Made by a program: the position numbers and the translations under genes
The notes under the pieces: generated by a model
The model's database searches: none
Seen by the model: only the letters and a program-made list of their open reading frames with translations
Told to the model about the DNA's origin: nothing
Shown: positions 1 to 8,152 of the stretch, in pieces
Layout: each line of letters starts with the position of its first letter
Position numbering within the stretch: the first letter of the stretch is position 1
Source of the DNA: Candidatus Saccharimonadota bacterium
GTDB lineage: Bacteria; Patescibacteriota; Saccharimonadia; Saccharimonadales; UBA4665
Direction: 5' to 3'
Length of the DNA stretch: 32,000 bases
NCBI GenBank assembly: GCA_003516025.1
Contig: CP023991.1
Location: 300,001 to 332,000 of the forward strand

Positions 1-164
1 GCAGCCAGGAATGCTAAACCAGATACAATGTGTACCAAGTTATGAACTCCGTCGACCCGGAAAATACCGAGAAGCTGACTTTCGTTAGTGAGGCCAGGAA
101 TAAATCCTGCGATACCGATAATCAGGAATACAATTCCTGTAGCGAGCGCTGCTTTTTTTAACAT
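1..164 (-). CDS. DUF4383-like small membrane protein, N-terminal part only (3' end lies left of the window)
   Basis: Not in the ORF track because it is open at the window edge. Reverse strand from ATG (164-162) reads MLKKAALATGIVFLIIGIAGFIPGLTNESQLLGIFRVDGVHNLVHIVSGLAFLA. GGAGAT SD (rc of 171-176) lies 6 nt upstream. A TM helix plus the HNLVH motif recalls DUF4383. Confidence 0.6.
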   Translation of the reverse strand, partial: MLKKAALATGIVFLIIGIAGFIPGLTNESQLLGIFRVDGVHNLVHIVSGLAFLA

Positions 165-208
165 AGCAATCTCCTTAATTTATATATTCAAGCCGTGCTT
201 GATAATGC

Positions 209-247
209 TAAGTATAAACTTAAATCTTTTATAGTTAAGTGACTTAA
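209..247. promoter_or_regulatory. Two palindromes sharing the half-site TAAGT/ACTTA in the divergent promoter region; candidate MarR operators
   Basis: TAAGT-ATAA-ACTTA at 209-222 and TTAAGT-G-ACTTAA at 235-247. Both lie between the minus-strand DUF4383 gene and the MarR gene. Confidence 0.4.
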
Positions 248-353
248 TTAACAGCAAACACTTATTTTTGTCTTGTATACTTGGTGGGCGACAGCATTTT
301 TCCTACATCGACTGAATTTCCATATATAAAATTAAGGATAAGGGGGTAATATA

Positions 354-797
354 ATGGCTACTCAAAAAGCCGAAAAAGAACCGACAACGACGTACGCAAC
401 CGCCGCGTTGCAAGTGATAACCTACAAAAAGCTTCAGAATAAAATTAACGGCGTTTTGAAACAATATGGCCTGAATGTGACCCAGTGGATTATTATGGGC
501 CGCCTGCGTGAGAAGAAGTCCGGCCTGCGCACCACTGATTTGGCTAAATTCATCAACGTTGAAGTGCCATTGATAACTATGGTTTCGCAGCCGCTGTTAG
601 GCCGCGGTTTGTTGGACAGCACCAAATCATCGACCGACAAACGGGCGAAGCTGCTCCAGCTTACGGACCGCGCCAATGAACTGATGGACACCGTAGAACT
701 GCGCATGCAACAACAGCTACAAGGTCTGATGAAAGATATTCCCCGCCAGGAACTGAATACGTATTTCAAAGTTTTACAAACAATGCAAAGCGCCTAA
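354..797 (+). CDS. MarR family transcriptional regulator
   Basis: 147 aa. Winged-helix pattern LNVTQWIIMGRL...LRTTDLAKFINVEVPLITMVSQPLLGRGLL...DKRAKLLQLTDRANEL. GGGGGT SD about 8 nt upstream. Confidence 0.85.
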   Translation: MATQKAEKEPTTTYATAALQVITYKKLQNKINGVLKQYGLNVTQWIIMGRLREKKSGLRTTDLAKFINVEVPLITMVSQPLLGRGLLDSTKSSTDKRAKLLQLTDRANELMDTVELRMQQQLQGLMKDIPRQELNTYFKVLQTMQSA

Positions 798-800
798 CCC

Positions 801-1433
801 TTAATAGGGGTAGGTGGATGGTAAAAGCGCCGGCTTATCGATTGGCAGGATACAGCCGGCTGCTTTCGTGGTCTCGATTGTTTTGTCAAAAATTGACTGT
901 ACTGCCTTGTTGTAATCGCTGACGTACCGGCTGGTGATCATTGACCCAATAGCAAAAAGTGGTGACAAGACGCTGCTATCAAGCAGCGACCGTTGCTGGC
1001 CGACCAGTTTATTGTAGTTATTAGTTTGCTGTTTGATAAACATCGCACAGTTATTCGTCATGGTCGGCATCGCTGTTGGTGATGGAGTCTGCTGGTTGGT
1101 CGGAGAAGTCGGGGACTGATTGGCGCTGGATGACGTACTGGTACCGTCTGCCGGTTCACCGGTTTCGGAGTTGGCTACCGCCTCAGATTCATCATTGGTA
1201 GTCGGACTGAGGTTCTCCGGCTTATCCTGTAACTGTTGAGAAGTGGCAACTGCCTGAGCGTTGGGAACGGTTACGCTGGCCACTGATGAACTACGTAATT
1301 TCGGGATAGTTATAATAGCAGCTACTGCCAGAATGGCGGCTATTGCTACAAACGAAGCCACATATGCTTTGGTCCCTCGTATACCCTTGTCCTTACGTAA
1401 TTTCCGCACTACCTCATTGTAAAATGTATCCAT
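801..1433 (-). CDS. Membrane-anchored hypothetical protein with a Ser/Thr/Pro/Gln-rich linker
   Basis: ORF 801-1481. The internal ATG at 1433 (MDTFYNEVVRKLRK...) followed by the TM segment AYVASFVAIAAILAVAAIITI is the more plausible start. It then has a low-complexity STPQ tract and a globular C-terminus. No family recognised. Confidence 0.55.
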   Translation of the reverse strand: MDTFYNEVVRKLRKDKGIRGTKAYVASFVAIAAILAVAAIITIPKLRSSSVASVTVPNAQAVATSQQLQDKPENLSPTTNDESEAVANSETGEPADGTSTSSSANQSPTSPTNQQTPSPTAMPTMTNNCAMFIKQQTNNYNKLVGQQRSLLDSSVLSPLFAIGSMITSRYVSDYNKAVQSIFDKTIETTKAAGCILPIDKPALLPSTYPY

Positions 1434-1509
1434 TAATAAGCAAGCTAGTTGTCCACAGAGTGGATCTTTTCCTTGACGCATGCCGCGTAATTAGCCTAGT
1501 CTTAGGTGT

Positions 1510-2844
1510 ATGTTAGATAAAGCAAAAAGCGCGTTAGTCACTGGGGCAAATAAGGGCAAGGACATTGCTTCCATTGCCACTAAAGGCTCGAGCAAAGTTA
1601 AGGGCAAATTATTGTCATTCCGCCAGGACAGCGACCTGACACCTGAAGATGTGTTGATCGCGCGGGATTATATTAAAGCCTACTGGCCGAAGCTCGAGCG
1701 ATACCACCCCAAGGATGATGAAAGCCTCATTGGCCTACCAAAGCCGTTCTTGGTGCCGTCATACGCTGAAGGCCACGAGTTTGATTACGATGAAATGTTT
1801 TATTGGGACAGTTACTTCATGGTACAGGGCATGATGGATGAGCAGCATAAAGAGCTGGTTATGGGTATTCTTGAAGACCTGGTCTACCTGTTTAAGCGCT
1901 TTAAAGTAATTCCCAATGCCTCACGGCTCTACATGACGGCCCGTTCGCAACCACCGCTGCTCACGAGCTTTATCTTCGATGTCTACCAGGCCTATGATCC
2001 CGGCAAAGACTGGCTGAAGGATCATATTGATGTCGCTCAAAAGGAGTACGAAGTCGTCTGGATGGGTACCCGTAAGCCAAATGCCCGCCTGGTACACGAA
2101 GGCCTTAGCCGTTATTACGACTTCAATTATCTGCATGATATCGCCGAAGCCGAGAGTGGCTGGGATATGACGCCGCGCTTTAACCGCAAGGCCCTTAACT
2201 ACCTGCCGGTTGATCTTAACGCGCTGTTGTATAAGTATGAGACCGACTTCGCCCGCGCCGCCCGCATATTGGGCAACAAAAAAGAGGCGGAAAAGTGGGA
2301 CGAAGCCGCTGAAGCCCGCAAAAAGACTATGAACAAGCTGATGTGGGACCGGTTGCGCGGGTTGTTCTATGACTTTAATTATAAGAAGAACAAGCGCGGT
2401 AATGTCAGCTCGCTGGCCACTTATTTCCCGATGTGGGCCGGTGCTGTGTCGGAGCAGCAGGCAAAGCAGCTGGTCAAGTCGCTGAAGCGCTTTGAAAATA
2501 AAGGCGGCCTAGCGACTACCGACGCCCTGCCGATCGGCCAGATGGTTATTCCATCTCTGCCCACCCAATGGGCCTACCCGAATGGCTGGGCGCCGTTGCA
2601 CTTTATAGTGGTAAAGGCTCTGGAACGTTACGGCTACCATGACGATGCCCGCCGCGTCGCAACCAAGTGGATTAAATGCAATTTAGCCTGGTACAACGAG
2701 CATGGAGTATTCTTGGAAAAGTACAACGTAGTATCGCCAGACCGGCCGCCAGCTAAGGGTGTGTACCCGTCACAGACCGGTTTCGGCTGGACCAACGCCG
2801 TCTTTGAGCGGCTGTGCCAGGATTACGTCGACAAGCGGGCTTAA
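1510..2844 (+). CDS. Trehalase (glycoside hydrolase family 37), no signal peptide
   Basis: 444 aa. GH37 signatures: EMFYWDSYFMVQG, RSQPPLLTSF, ESGWDMTPRF, QWAYPNGWAPL, SQTGFGWTNAV (compare E. coli TreA/TreF). Confidence 0.9.
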   Translation: MLDKAKSALVTGANKGKDIASIATKGSSKVKGKLLSFRQDSDLTPEDVLIARDYIKAYWPKLERYHPKDDESLIGLPKPFLVPSYAEGHEFDYDEMFYWDSYFMVQGMMDEQHKELVMGILEDLVYLFKRFKVIPNASRLYMTARSQPPLLTSFIFDVYQAYDPGKDWLKDHIDVAQKEYEVVWMGTRKPNARLVHEGLSRYYDFNYLHDIAEAESGWDMTPRFNRKALNYLPVDLNALLYKYETDFARAARILGNKKEAEKWDEAAEARKKTMNKLMWDRLRGLFYDFNYKKNKRGNVSSLATYFPMWAGAVSEQQAKQLVKSLKRFENKGGLATTDALPIGQMVIPSLPTQWAYPNGWAPLHFIVVKALERYGYHDDARRVATKWIKCNLAWYNEHGVFLEKYNVVSPDRPPAKGVYPSQTGFGWTNAVFERLCQDYVDKRA

Positions 2845-2968
2845 AAGGTGAATTTGCACGTGGGGCGTAGATACTTGGATGTGGGTTACTAGACAAGTTG
2901 CTTCAAATTAAGGTACGATAAAGCTGACAATAAGCATAAGAAGGGTAATCTTTTAGATATAAAAGCTT

Positions 2969-4696
2969 ATGGCAGCACGACTTCCTACTCCCGGCGGTGA
3001 TGATAATGCCTGGGGTGTTATCCTCAACGATTTTTTGGGTCAGGCACATAATTCCGACGGCTCGCTAAAGCAGCTATCGCAGTCCCAAGTTGATGGCCTT
3101 GTTGTAACATTGGACCACAAGGTCAATAGTGATGACTTAGCAGACGTTGCAACCAGCGGATCCTATGTAGACTTAATCAATCGGCCAAGTATTCCTACTG
3201 AAGCGCACGAAGTGGGGGCTGTAGCCTCGGATCAATTAGACGATGACATTACAGTATTGGTAAATGATACAGATTCAGCTACGAGCGGTGCTTTACATAC
3301 GGCTTTTGTAACCAAAGATGTTGTGACGTCATTAAGCCAAAATATGCAGGCAACGGCCGCACAAAGCGCGGCATCAGCCCACCAGCCGGTCGGTTTGCCG
3401 AATTCAGTGACGATTAGTAATACTACTACGGTGTCACCGTTAATTAGTGCTAACTTTGCGGCCGAAGATCTCGCAGTAGGCGACGTTATACAAATTTATT
3501 GCACCGGAACTTTTTTAAATACCAGTGGAACGGCCGTAACTCTGGCTCCAAATGTTTCGTATGGGTCGTCTGTTCAGGGAGGTCCTGGTAGTTTCGCTGC
3601 GTCACCATTACCGTATGTATGGTCCACTGAAGTCAGGTTGGTAGTGAACGCGGTTGACGCCCAGGACATGTACTGCCTCTTTTCGGTGGAAACTCCTACA
3701 GGGCCGGAACGCTGGGTTACGCAGTTTAGCGCTACTCAATCTTTATCCGTCAACTCATCGCTGACATTTGCCATCAAGCTTGGTACGGCAAGTACGTCGG
3801 CCGTATTTACTATGACAAGCGGATGGATTAACCGATTGCCACCATCATCTCAGCAGGTATCGCCACCGTTATGGTTTGCGGATTACGACCTGGTGGGCAC
3901 GAATGGTACGGGCACGGTACAGGGTGTATGGTATCGAGAACAGGAACCTAACAGCGTAAATGCCAGTATAAACCGCATTTCCATAGTACCGGCAGTCCAG
4001 GTGCCAGGTGCCGGCGCTTATAAGCCGCTGGGCAATGCGATGCGGGTCGAGCTCCATCCTTATTCTACTTCGAACCCGGGAACCAGTGAACCGGCCGATG
4101 GTGATGTACAGGGAGGTTCGTATAACCGGGCTGAGTGCTATGACCGTTATCCAACAGGTACAGCCAGTAGTACGCCGCCTGCCGACTGGCCAGATCCAGT
4201 TGGATCAGAACGTTGGTACGGCTTCAGTGTTTTCTTTCCTGACGATCACATTTTTGCAACAGACTCGACTTGGTTTACCTTGACGCAGTGGAAAGGGTAT
4301 CATGGCGGGTCTCCGCCCCTAGCAATAGAACTAAACCGGCAAACACTGCGTTTTGGTGGTACGAGAGGGCCCAGCCTGCCGGGTTACAATCTGATGACCG
4401 TAACGGCCGGCAAGTGGTACAAAATAGTCGTTGGAATTAAATGGTCTACCCAACCGGCTGTCGGCTGGGTAAACGTGATTGTTAACGACCAGGAGCTCAT
4501 CCCGCGCTTCTACACCGACACTATGGATACATACGGCGGCACAGGAGACCTGAATGCTGATCCAATATACCTTAAACAGGGTATCTATCGATCTAAAGAT
4601 TGGTCGGTGACGCATGTGCTGCACTTTGGTAATATGGTTGTCGGGCGCCATCGTGGAGATGTCGAAAGCAAATTAAACAGCGTGCTAGGAGCGTAA
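2969..4696 (+). CDS. Phage tail-fibre-like protein with a C-terminal polysaccharide-lyase-type (PF14099-like, concanavalin fold) domain
   Basis: 575 aa. The N-terminus PTPGGDDNAWGVILNDFL and the SGSYVDLINRPSIPT motif resemble tail-fibre or minor-tail proteins. The C-terminus WFTLTQWKGYHGGSPPLAIEL...GKWYKIVVGIKWS...GWVNVIVNDQEL...IYLKQGIYRS fits the polysaccharide-lyase jelly-roll pattern. No signal peptide. Confidence 0.6.
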   Translation: MAARLPTPGGDDNAWGVILNDFLGQAHNSDGSLKQLSQSQVDGLVVTLDHKVNSDDLADVATSGSYVDLINRPSIPTEAHEVGAVASDQLDDDITVLVNDTDSATSGALHTAFVTKDVVTSLSQNMQATAAQSAASAHQPVGLPNSVTISNTTTVSPLISANFAAEDLAVGDVIQIYCTGTFLNTSGTAVTLAPNVSYGSSVQGGPGSFAASPLPYVWSTEVRLVVNAVDAQDMYCLFSVETPTGPERWVTQFSATQSLSVNSSLTFAIKLGTASTSAVFTMTSGWINRLPPSSQQVSPPLWFADYDLVGTNGTGTVQGVWYREQEPNSVNASINRISIVPAVQVPGAGAYKPLGNAMRVELHPYSTSNPGTSEPADGDVQGGSYNRAECYDRYPTGTASSTPPADWPDPVGSERWYGFSVFFPDDHIFATDSTWFTLTQWKGYHGGSPPLAIELNRQTLRFGGTRGPSLPGYNLMTVTAGKWYKIVVGIKWSTQPAVGWVNVIVNDQELIPRFYTDTMDTYGGTGDLNADPIYLKQGIYRSKDWSVTHVLHFGNMVVGRHRGDVESKLNSVLGA

Positions 4697-4702
4697 ATAC
4701 TT

Positions 4703-5566
4703 ATGCAGTCATTCACTCACACCCCGGCCCCTGTTAGTATGCAAGTGGTCGTTCATGGCAGTAATGCGGCAACGCAACGTCCTAGCGGCGCCGTGGCTGT
4801 TTACTGGGTGGGCGCAGTTATGCCAACCAATGCAATTGCCGGTGATTTATTAAATATTAACGGTACCTTGTCGACGATTGCAGTGCCGCCAGCTGTCGGC
4901 TCTCCGATAGCCTGGTTTGATTTTCGGCAATATGACGGCAGCGGGATCCTTGCTTCCCGAATTGGCTCATTTATAGCAACGGTTTATGGTACGCCAGCTT
5001 ATACTGCAGGCTCTAATGTCGCCATTACCGGAGGATCGCAGTACATTGCTATCCCCAATGACCCGGCGTGGAATCCTGACACCACTGGATCACTTACGGT
5101 TATCGCTATAACTAATGAAGCTGTTTACGGCAATGGCAAGACCCGCTGGTTCGCGTCCCACAGAGCTGCCGATGCAGATGGGACGCCAGGATGGGGTTTT
5201 GGGCGCGGATCGGCCAGTCCTTACGCTGTTAATTTGACGGTCCGGGACAATGTGAGTTCACAAACCGTTACAAATGGTACGGATAGTGTAGCGGGATATC
5301 AGGCAAAAGCCGCAATTATACAGCCAGCTGGCAGCCATGGAATTGTAGCCGGTTCGCAAACGACTACGGCAGTTTCAACTGTTACGGGCTCCCAAAATAA
5401 TATGGCTCGTTTGATCCTTGGCCTCCGATATGACAATCCGGAGGCGCTCACTGGCCAGGCGCATTCCAACCTTACTTCTTACCGGGGACTGCTAGTGTAT
5501 AACTCGGCCCTGACGCAAGCACAAATAACTGATTATGCCAACGTAGCTGGCGCCGGACCAATATAA
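4703..5566 (+). CDS. LamG-like (concanavalin/Laminin_G_3-type) domain protein
   Basis: 287 aa, 6 nt after the previous stop. The C-terminal LILGLRYDN...YRGLLVYNSALTQAQITDY is the usual ending of LamG-type jelly-roll domains found in phage and surface proteins. Confidence 0.5.
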   Translation: MQSFTHTPAPVSMQVVVHGSNAATQRPSGAVAVYWVGAVMPTNAIAGDLLNINGTLSTIAVPPAVGSPIAWFDFRQYDGSGILASRIGSFIATVYGTPAYTAGSNVAITGGSQYIAIPNDPAWNPDTTGSLTVIAITNEAVYGNGKTRWFASHRAADADGTPGWGFGRGSASPYAVNLTVRDNVSSQTVTNGTDSVAGYQAKAAIIQPAGSHGIVAGSQTTTAVSTVTGSQNNMARLILGLRYDNPEALTGQAHSNLTSYRGLLVYNSALTQAQITDYANVAGAGPI

Positions 5567-5637
5567 CAGAGTATGTTATTCGTTGTCTTCGATGCCTAAG
5601 CGCGTTACACTAACAGTACTTAAGGGAGTGAAGCACT

Positions 5638-6396
5638 ATGGCTGGTCTTGTAATATTTTTAATCATTGTTATCCTGATTTTCATCCTTTCAGGCATTAAA
5701 ATTGTTAACCAGTACGAGCGCGGCGTCGTACTGACGCTTGGTAAATTTACCGGGCTTCGTGATCCAGGTTTGCGGATAGTTATTCCTATTTTTCAGCAAA
5801 TTACTAAAGTTGATATCCGCTCCCGTCCTATCGATGTGCCCGGCCAGGAAATCATCACCCGTGATAATGTTACCGTTCGGGTTGACGCCGTGGTATATTT
5901 CCGCGTTACCGATGCCGCCAAGGCTGTCCTGGAGACCATTAATTATATCTCTGCTACCAGCCAGTTCGCCCAGGCGGCCCTGCGCGACGTTTCAGGAAAT
6001 GCTGACCTTGACGATGTCCTTAGTAAGCGCGAGCAAATCAGCGAGCAAATCAAAATTATTGTTGATGCCGAGACCAGCAAGTGGGGTATCGACGTTGAGA
6101 ACGTTAAGATTCAGAACGTTGAGTTGCCACAGGAGATGAAGCGGGCCATGGCCAAGCAGGCAGAGGCTGAGCGTGACCGCCGCGCTAATATCATCAATGC
6201 TGACGGTGAAAAAATTTCAGCACAGGCGCTAGCCGAAGCCGCAGCCATGCTGGCCGCTACGCCAGGCGCTATGAACCTGCGTACGCTTAACACTTTGGAA
6301 CGCATTAGCACCGAACCGTCACAGAAGACTATCATGATGTTCCCCGTCGAACTTATCGATGCTATCCGGGGCATTGCCGGAAACGTACGCAAGTAA
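5638..6396 (+). CDS. SPFH/band 7 (stomatin/prohibitin-like) membrane protein
   Basis: 252 aa. N-terminal TM, then IVNQYERGVVLTLGKF...ITRDNVTVRVDAVVYFRV...LRDV...WGIDVENVKIQNVELP, and an Ala/Glu-rich coiled coil. Confidence 0.9.
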   Translation: MAGLVIFLIIVILIFILSGIKIVNQYERGVVLTLGKFTGLRDPGLRIVIPIFQQITKVDIRSRPIDVPGQEIITRDNVTVRVDAVVYFRVTDAAKAVLETINYISATSQFAQAALRDVSGNADLDDVLSKREQISEQIKIIVDAETSKWGIDVENVKIQNVELPQEMKRAMAKQAEAERDRRANIINADGEKISAQALAEAAAMLAATPGAMNLRTLNTLERISTEPSQKTIMMFPVELIDAIRGIAGNVRK

Positions 6397-6466
6397 CATT
6401 TTTAACCGCATTGCGAGCATAACTGCTTTACACTGAGTCTCATAATTCTATAAACCGGAGAATAGT

Positions 6467-6838
6467 ATGTCAGCAAACGGATACCTACAGGCAGCAGCAG
6501 CCCAGTTACAGAGTGCCGCCCAGGCGGTCAAGCAGGAAGCTGACCATATGCGCGCCGAGCTGGCTAATTATGAGCGCCAGGCAACTCATGAGATAGATAG
6601 TAAATCTACGAACGTAAAGGCACGTCTGGCCGAAATGACCGCCATAAGTGATCAGAACGCTGCCGCCAGCCTCAACCATGTCGTACAGGGGCTTCAGGGT
6701 GATATTGACGGTAAAAAACGCGAAATGCAGCAAAAGAAAGCTGAAACGGAAGCGGCCATTAAGGGTAAAGAGAGTGCCGCCCAAGGCCTCCAAAGCCAGG
6801 CTCAGGGTTTACAGAGTCAGGCTGCCAGCTTTAAATAG
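6467..6838 (+). CDS. Coiled-coil hypothetical protein
   Basis: 123 aa, Ala/Gln/Glu-rich. C-terminal tandem AQGLQSQAQGLQSQA. GGAGA SD upstream. Confidence 0.5.
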   Translation: MSANGYLQAAAAQLQSAAQAVKQEADHMRAELANYERQATHEIDSKSTNVKARLAEMTAISDQNAAASLNHVVQGLQGDIDGKKREMQQKKAETEAAIKGKESAAQGLQSQAQGLQSQAASFK

Positions 6839-6887
6839 CGGTTCGTCCGGGGTAATACGCACAAAGTATGAGACAATAGCTGGCATC

Positions 6888-7301
6888 ATGGATTTTCCAC
6901 AAAAAAGTACATTTTACCGGGTTACCGGCAAAGCTCTCATATTTGACGACCAAAACCGGTTATTAGTTATCTGTAATGCTAAGGGACACTGGGAGCTGCC
7001 AGGCGGCGGCTGGGAATACGACGAATCATTCGAAGAATGCCTGCGCCGCGAGATAGATGAAGAGCTTGGCGTAAACGTATCTGAGATCGGCGCGGTACGA
7101 TTCATGTACCGGCGCATGCATAACGAAGCAGGGGTTTCGGCGGTACGGATCGCTACGGATGTAACACTGAACAGTTATGATTTTGCTATTGGGGACGATA
7201 TGCGGGAGGTCCGGTTCGTCAGCCGTGCGACATTTTTGCGGCTTGATTTCACCCATGCCGAGGGCGATGTAGCCGACCACGTTGACGAGATTTGGCCGTA
7301 A
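6888..7301 (+). CDS. NUDIX hydrolase
   Basis: In-frame ATG at 6888 within ORF 6648-7301. The upstream part overlaps the previous gene. Nudix box GGGWEYDESFEECLRREIDEELG. Confidence 0.8.
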   Translation: MDFPQKSTFYRVTGKALIFDDQNRLLVICNAKGHWELPGGGWEYDESFEECLRREIDEELGVNVSEIGAVRFMYRRMHNEAGVSAVRIATDVTLNSYDFAIGDDMREVRFVSRATFLRLDFTHAEGDVADHVDEIWP

Positions 7302-7315
7302 AATATGTAGGGCAG

Positions 7316-7344
7316 TTGAAAAAAACCGCTTCTATCTGTAGAAT
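7316..7344 (+). promoter_or_regulatory. Sigma70-type promoter for tRNA-Phe
   Basis: TTGAAA (7316-7321), 17-nt spacer, TAGAAT (7339-7344), about 30 nt upstream of the tRNA. Confidence 0.5.
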
Positions 7345-7374
7345 AACTAAGTCTGAACGCTATACATGCGTTTT

Positions 7375-7450
7375 GGCTCTTTAGCTCAGTTGGTAGAGCA
7401 GAGGCCTGAAGAGCCTTGTGTCCCCAGTTCGAGTCTGGGAGGAGCCACCA
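7375..7450 (+). tRNA. tRNA-Phe (GAA), CCA encoded
   Basis: Hand-folded cloverleaf: GGCTCTT/AGGAGCC acceptor, GCTC-AGTTGGTA-GAGC D arm, GAGGC-CTGAAGA-GCCTT anticodon arm, CCCAG-TTCGAGT-CTGGG T arm. 76 nt. Confidence 0.95.
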
Positions 7451-7455
7451 AAAAA

Positions 7456-7491
7456 CCCATTTCTTGAATATTTCGGGAAGTGGTTTTTTTT
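7456..7491 (+). terminator. Rho-independent terminator after tRNA-Phe
   Basis: CCATTTC/GAAGTGG stem (one G-T pair) followed by T8 (7484-7491). Confidence 0.6.
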
Positions 7492-7526
7492 ATGCCCGGA
7501 TTGCGCTTACTTTGTAAACATGAGCG

Positions 7527-7985
7527 GTGTATGATGTAGCTACAATGTGGCATCCGGAATCCGGCACTAAACTGATACTTGAGGACCCGCAGGGACGAAT
7601 TCTAGCCTGCTTGCGCGACAATGACCCGACCATTCCATATCCCGGAAAGTGGGACTTGCCCGGCGGTGGCGTAGAGCCCCACGAGACATTATTGGAATGC
7701 GGCCACCGGGAGCTATTCGAAGAGTTTGGCCTGCAAGACGTTCCTTTAGCCATGCTAGACCAGATTGAGAGTAGGTGTACGCCCGGTAAGATCATGGGAC
7801 GGGCCTGGGGTAGGCTAACGGCCGTACAGGTCGGCAGCATCGCGTTTGGACCCGAAGGGCAGCGTTACGACTTCTTTTCTGTACCGGAAATCGCCGAACT
7901 GGATTTTGTACCGCAGCTGCAGGAGTACGTGCTAACGCTGCATGGACTGGCTAACAGGGTAAAACTACTTGAACGAACGGCCTAA
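7527..7985 (+). CDS. NUDIX hydrolase (second copy)
   Basis: Nudix box GGGVEPHETLLECGHRELFEEFGL. The track start at 7527 is GTG. An ATG at 7545 (MWHPESG...) is an equally plausible start. Confidence 0.8.
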   Translation: MYDVATMWHPESGTKLILEDPQGRILACLRDNDPTIPYPGKWDLPGGGVEPHETLLECGHRELFEEFGLQDVPLAMLDQIESRCTPGKIMGRAWGRLTAVQVGSIAFGPEGQRYDFFSVPEIAELDFVPQLQEYVLTLHGLANRVKLLERTA

Positions 7986-7997
7986 GTCTAGTACAAT
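7969..7997 (+). promoter_or_regulatory. Sigma70-type promoter for tRNA-Gly, embedded in the 3' end of the NUDIX gene
   Basis: TTGAAC (7969-7974), 17-nt spacer, TACAAT (7992-7997), 20 nt upstream of the tRNA. Confidence 0.45.
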
Positions 7998-8017
7998 CAG
8001 TTCCGTTGTACTGTTAT

Positions 8018-8094
8018 GCGGGTCTAGCTCAGTTGTTTAGAGCGCGTCCTTGCCAAGGACGAGGCCAGGGGTTAGAGTCCCCTGACCCGCACCA
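8018..8094 (+). tRNA. tRNA-Gly (GCC), CCA encoded, non-canonical D/T loops
   Basis: GCGGGTC/GACCCGC acceptor, GCTC-AGTTGTTTA-GAGC D arm, CGTCC-TTGCCAA-GGACG anticodon arm, AGGGG-TTAGAGT-CCCCT T arm. 77 nt. Confidence 0.9.
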
Positions 8095-8108
8095 ACCATA
8101 AGCACTTC

Positions 8109-8137
8109 AAAGACTTTTTCGGAAGTCTTTTTGTTTT
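8109..8137 (+). terminator. Rho-independent terminator after tRNA-Gly
   Basis: AAAGACTT (8109-8116) / AAGTCTTT (8123-8130) stem followed by TTGTTTT. Confidence 0.6.
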
Positions 8138-8152
8138 CTGTATACTAATTCT

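Noticed and set aside
434-769. Antisense ORFs embedded in clearly assignable genes. Examples are 434-769, 1921-2136, 4331-4651, 6111-6392, 7490-7840, 13395-13806, 13880-14266, 15180-15575, 18314-19200, 20608-20943, 24269-25456 and 27299-28377.
   Set aside because: Each lies opposite a gene with strong family motifs. Their translations are low-complexity or Arg/Ser/Pro-rich, as is typical of shadow frames. None has an SD.
2893-2905. An exact 13-mer, ACAAGTTGCTTCA, shared with 16103-16115.
   Set aside because: In 32 kb, several exact 13-mer coincidences are expected by chance (on the order of N^2/2 x 4^-13, about 7). There is no extended similarity around either copy.
6648-6887. The 5' extension of the NUDIX ORF overlapping the coiled-coil gene.
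   Set aside because: Its Arg/Lys-rich translation reads like an out-of-frame artefact. The Nudix domain begins after the ATG at 6888.
5638-7985. SPFH protein plus coiled-coil protein plus two NUDIX hydrolases considered as a possible defence-type module.
   Set aside because: There is no nuclease, sensor NTPase or other effector logic. The genes are separated by tRNAs with their own promoters and terminators. The NUDIX duplication alone is unremarkable.
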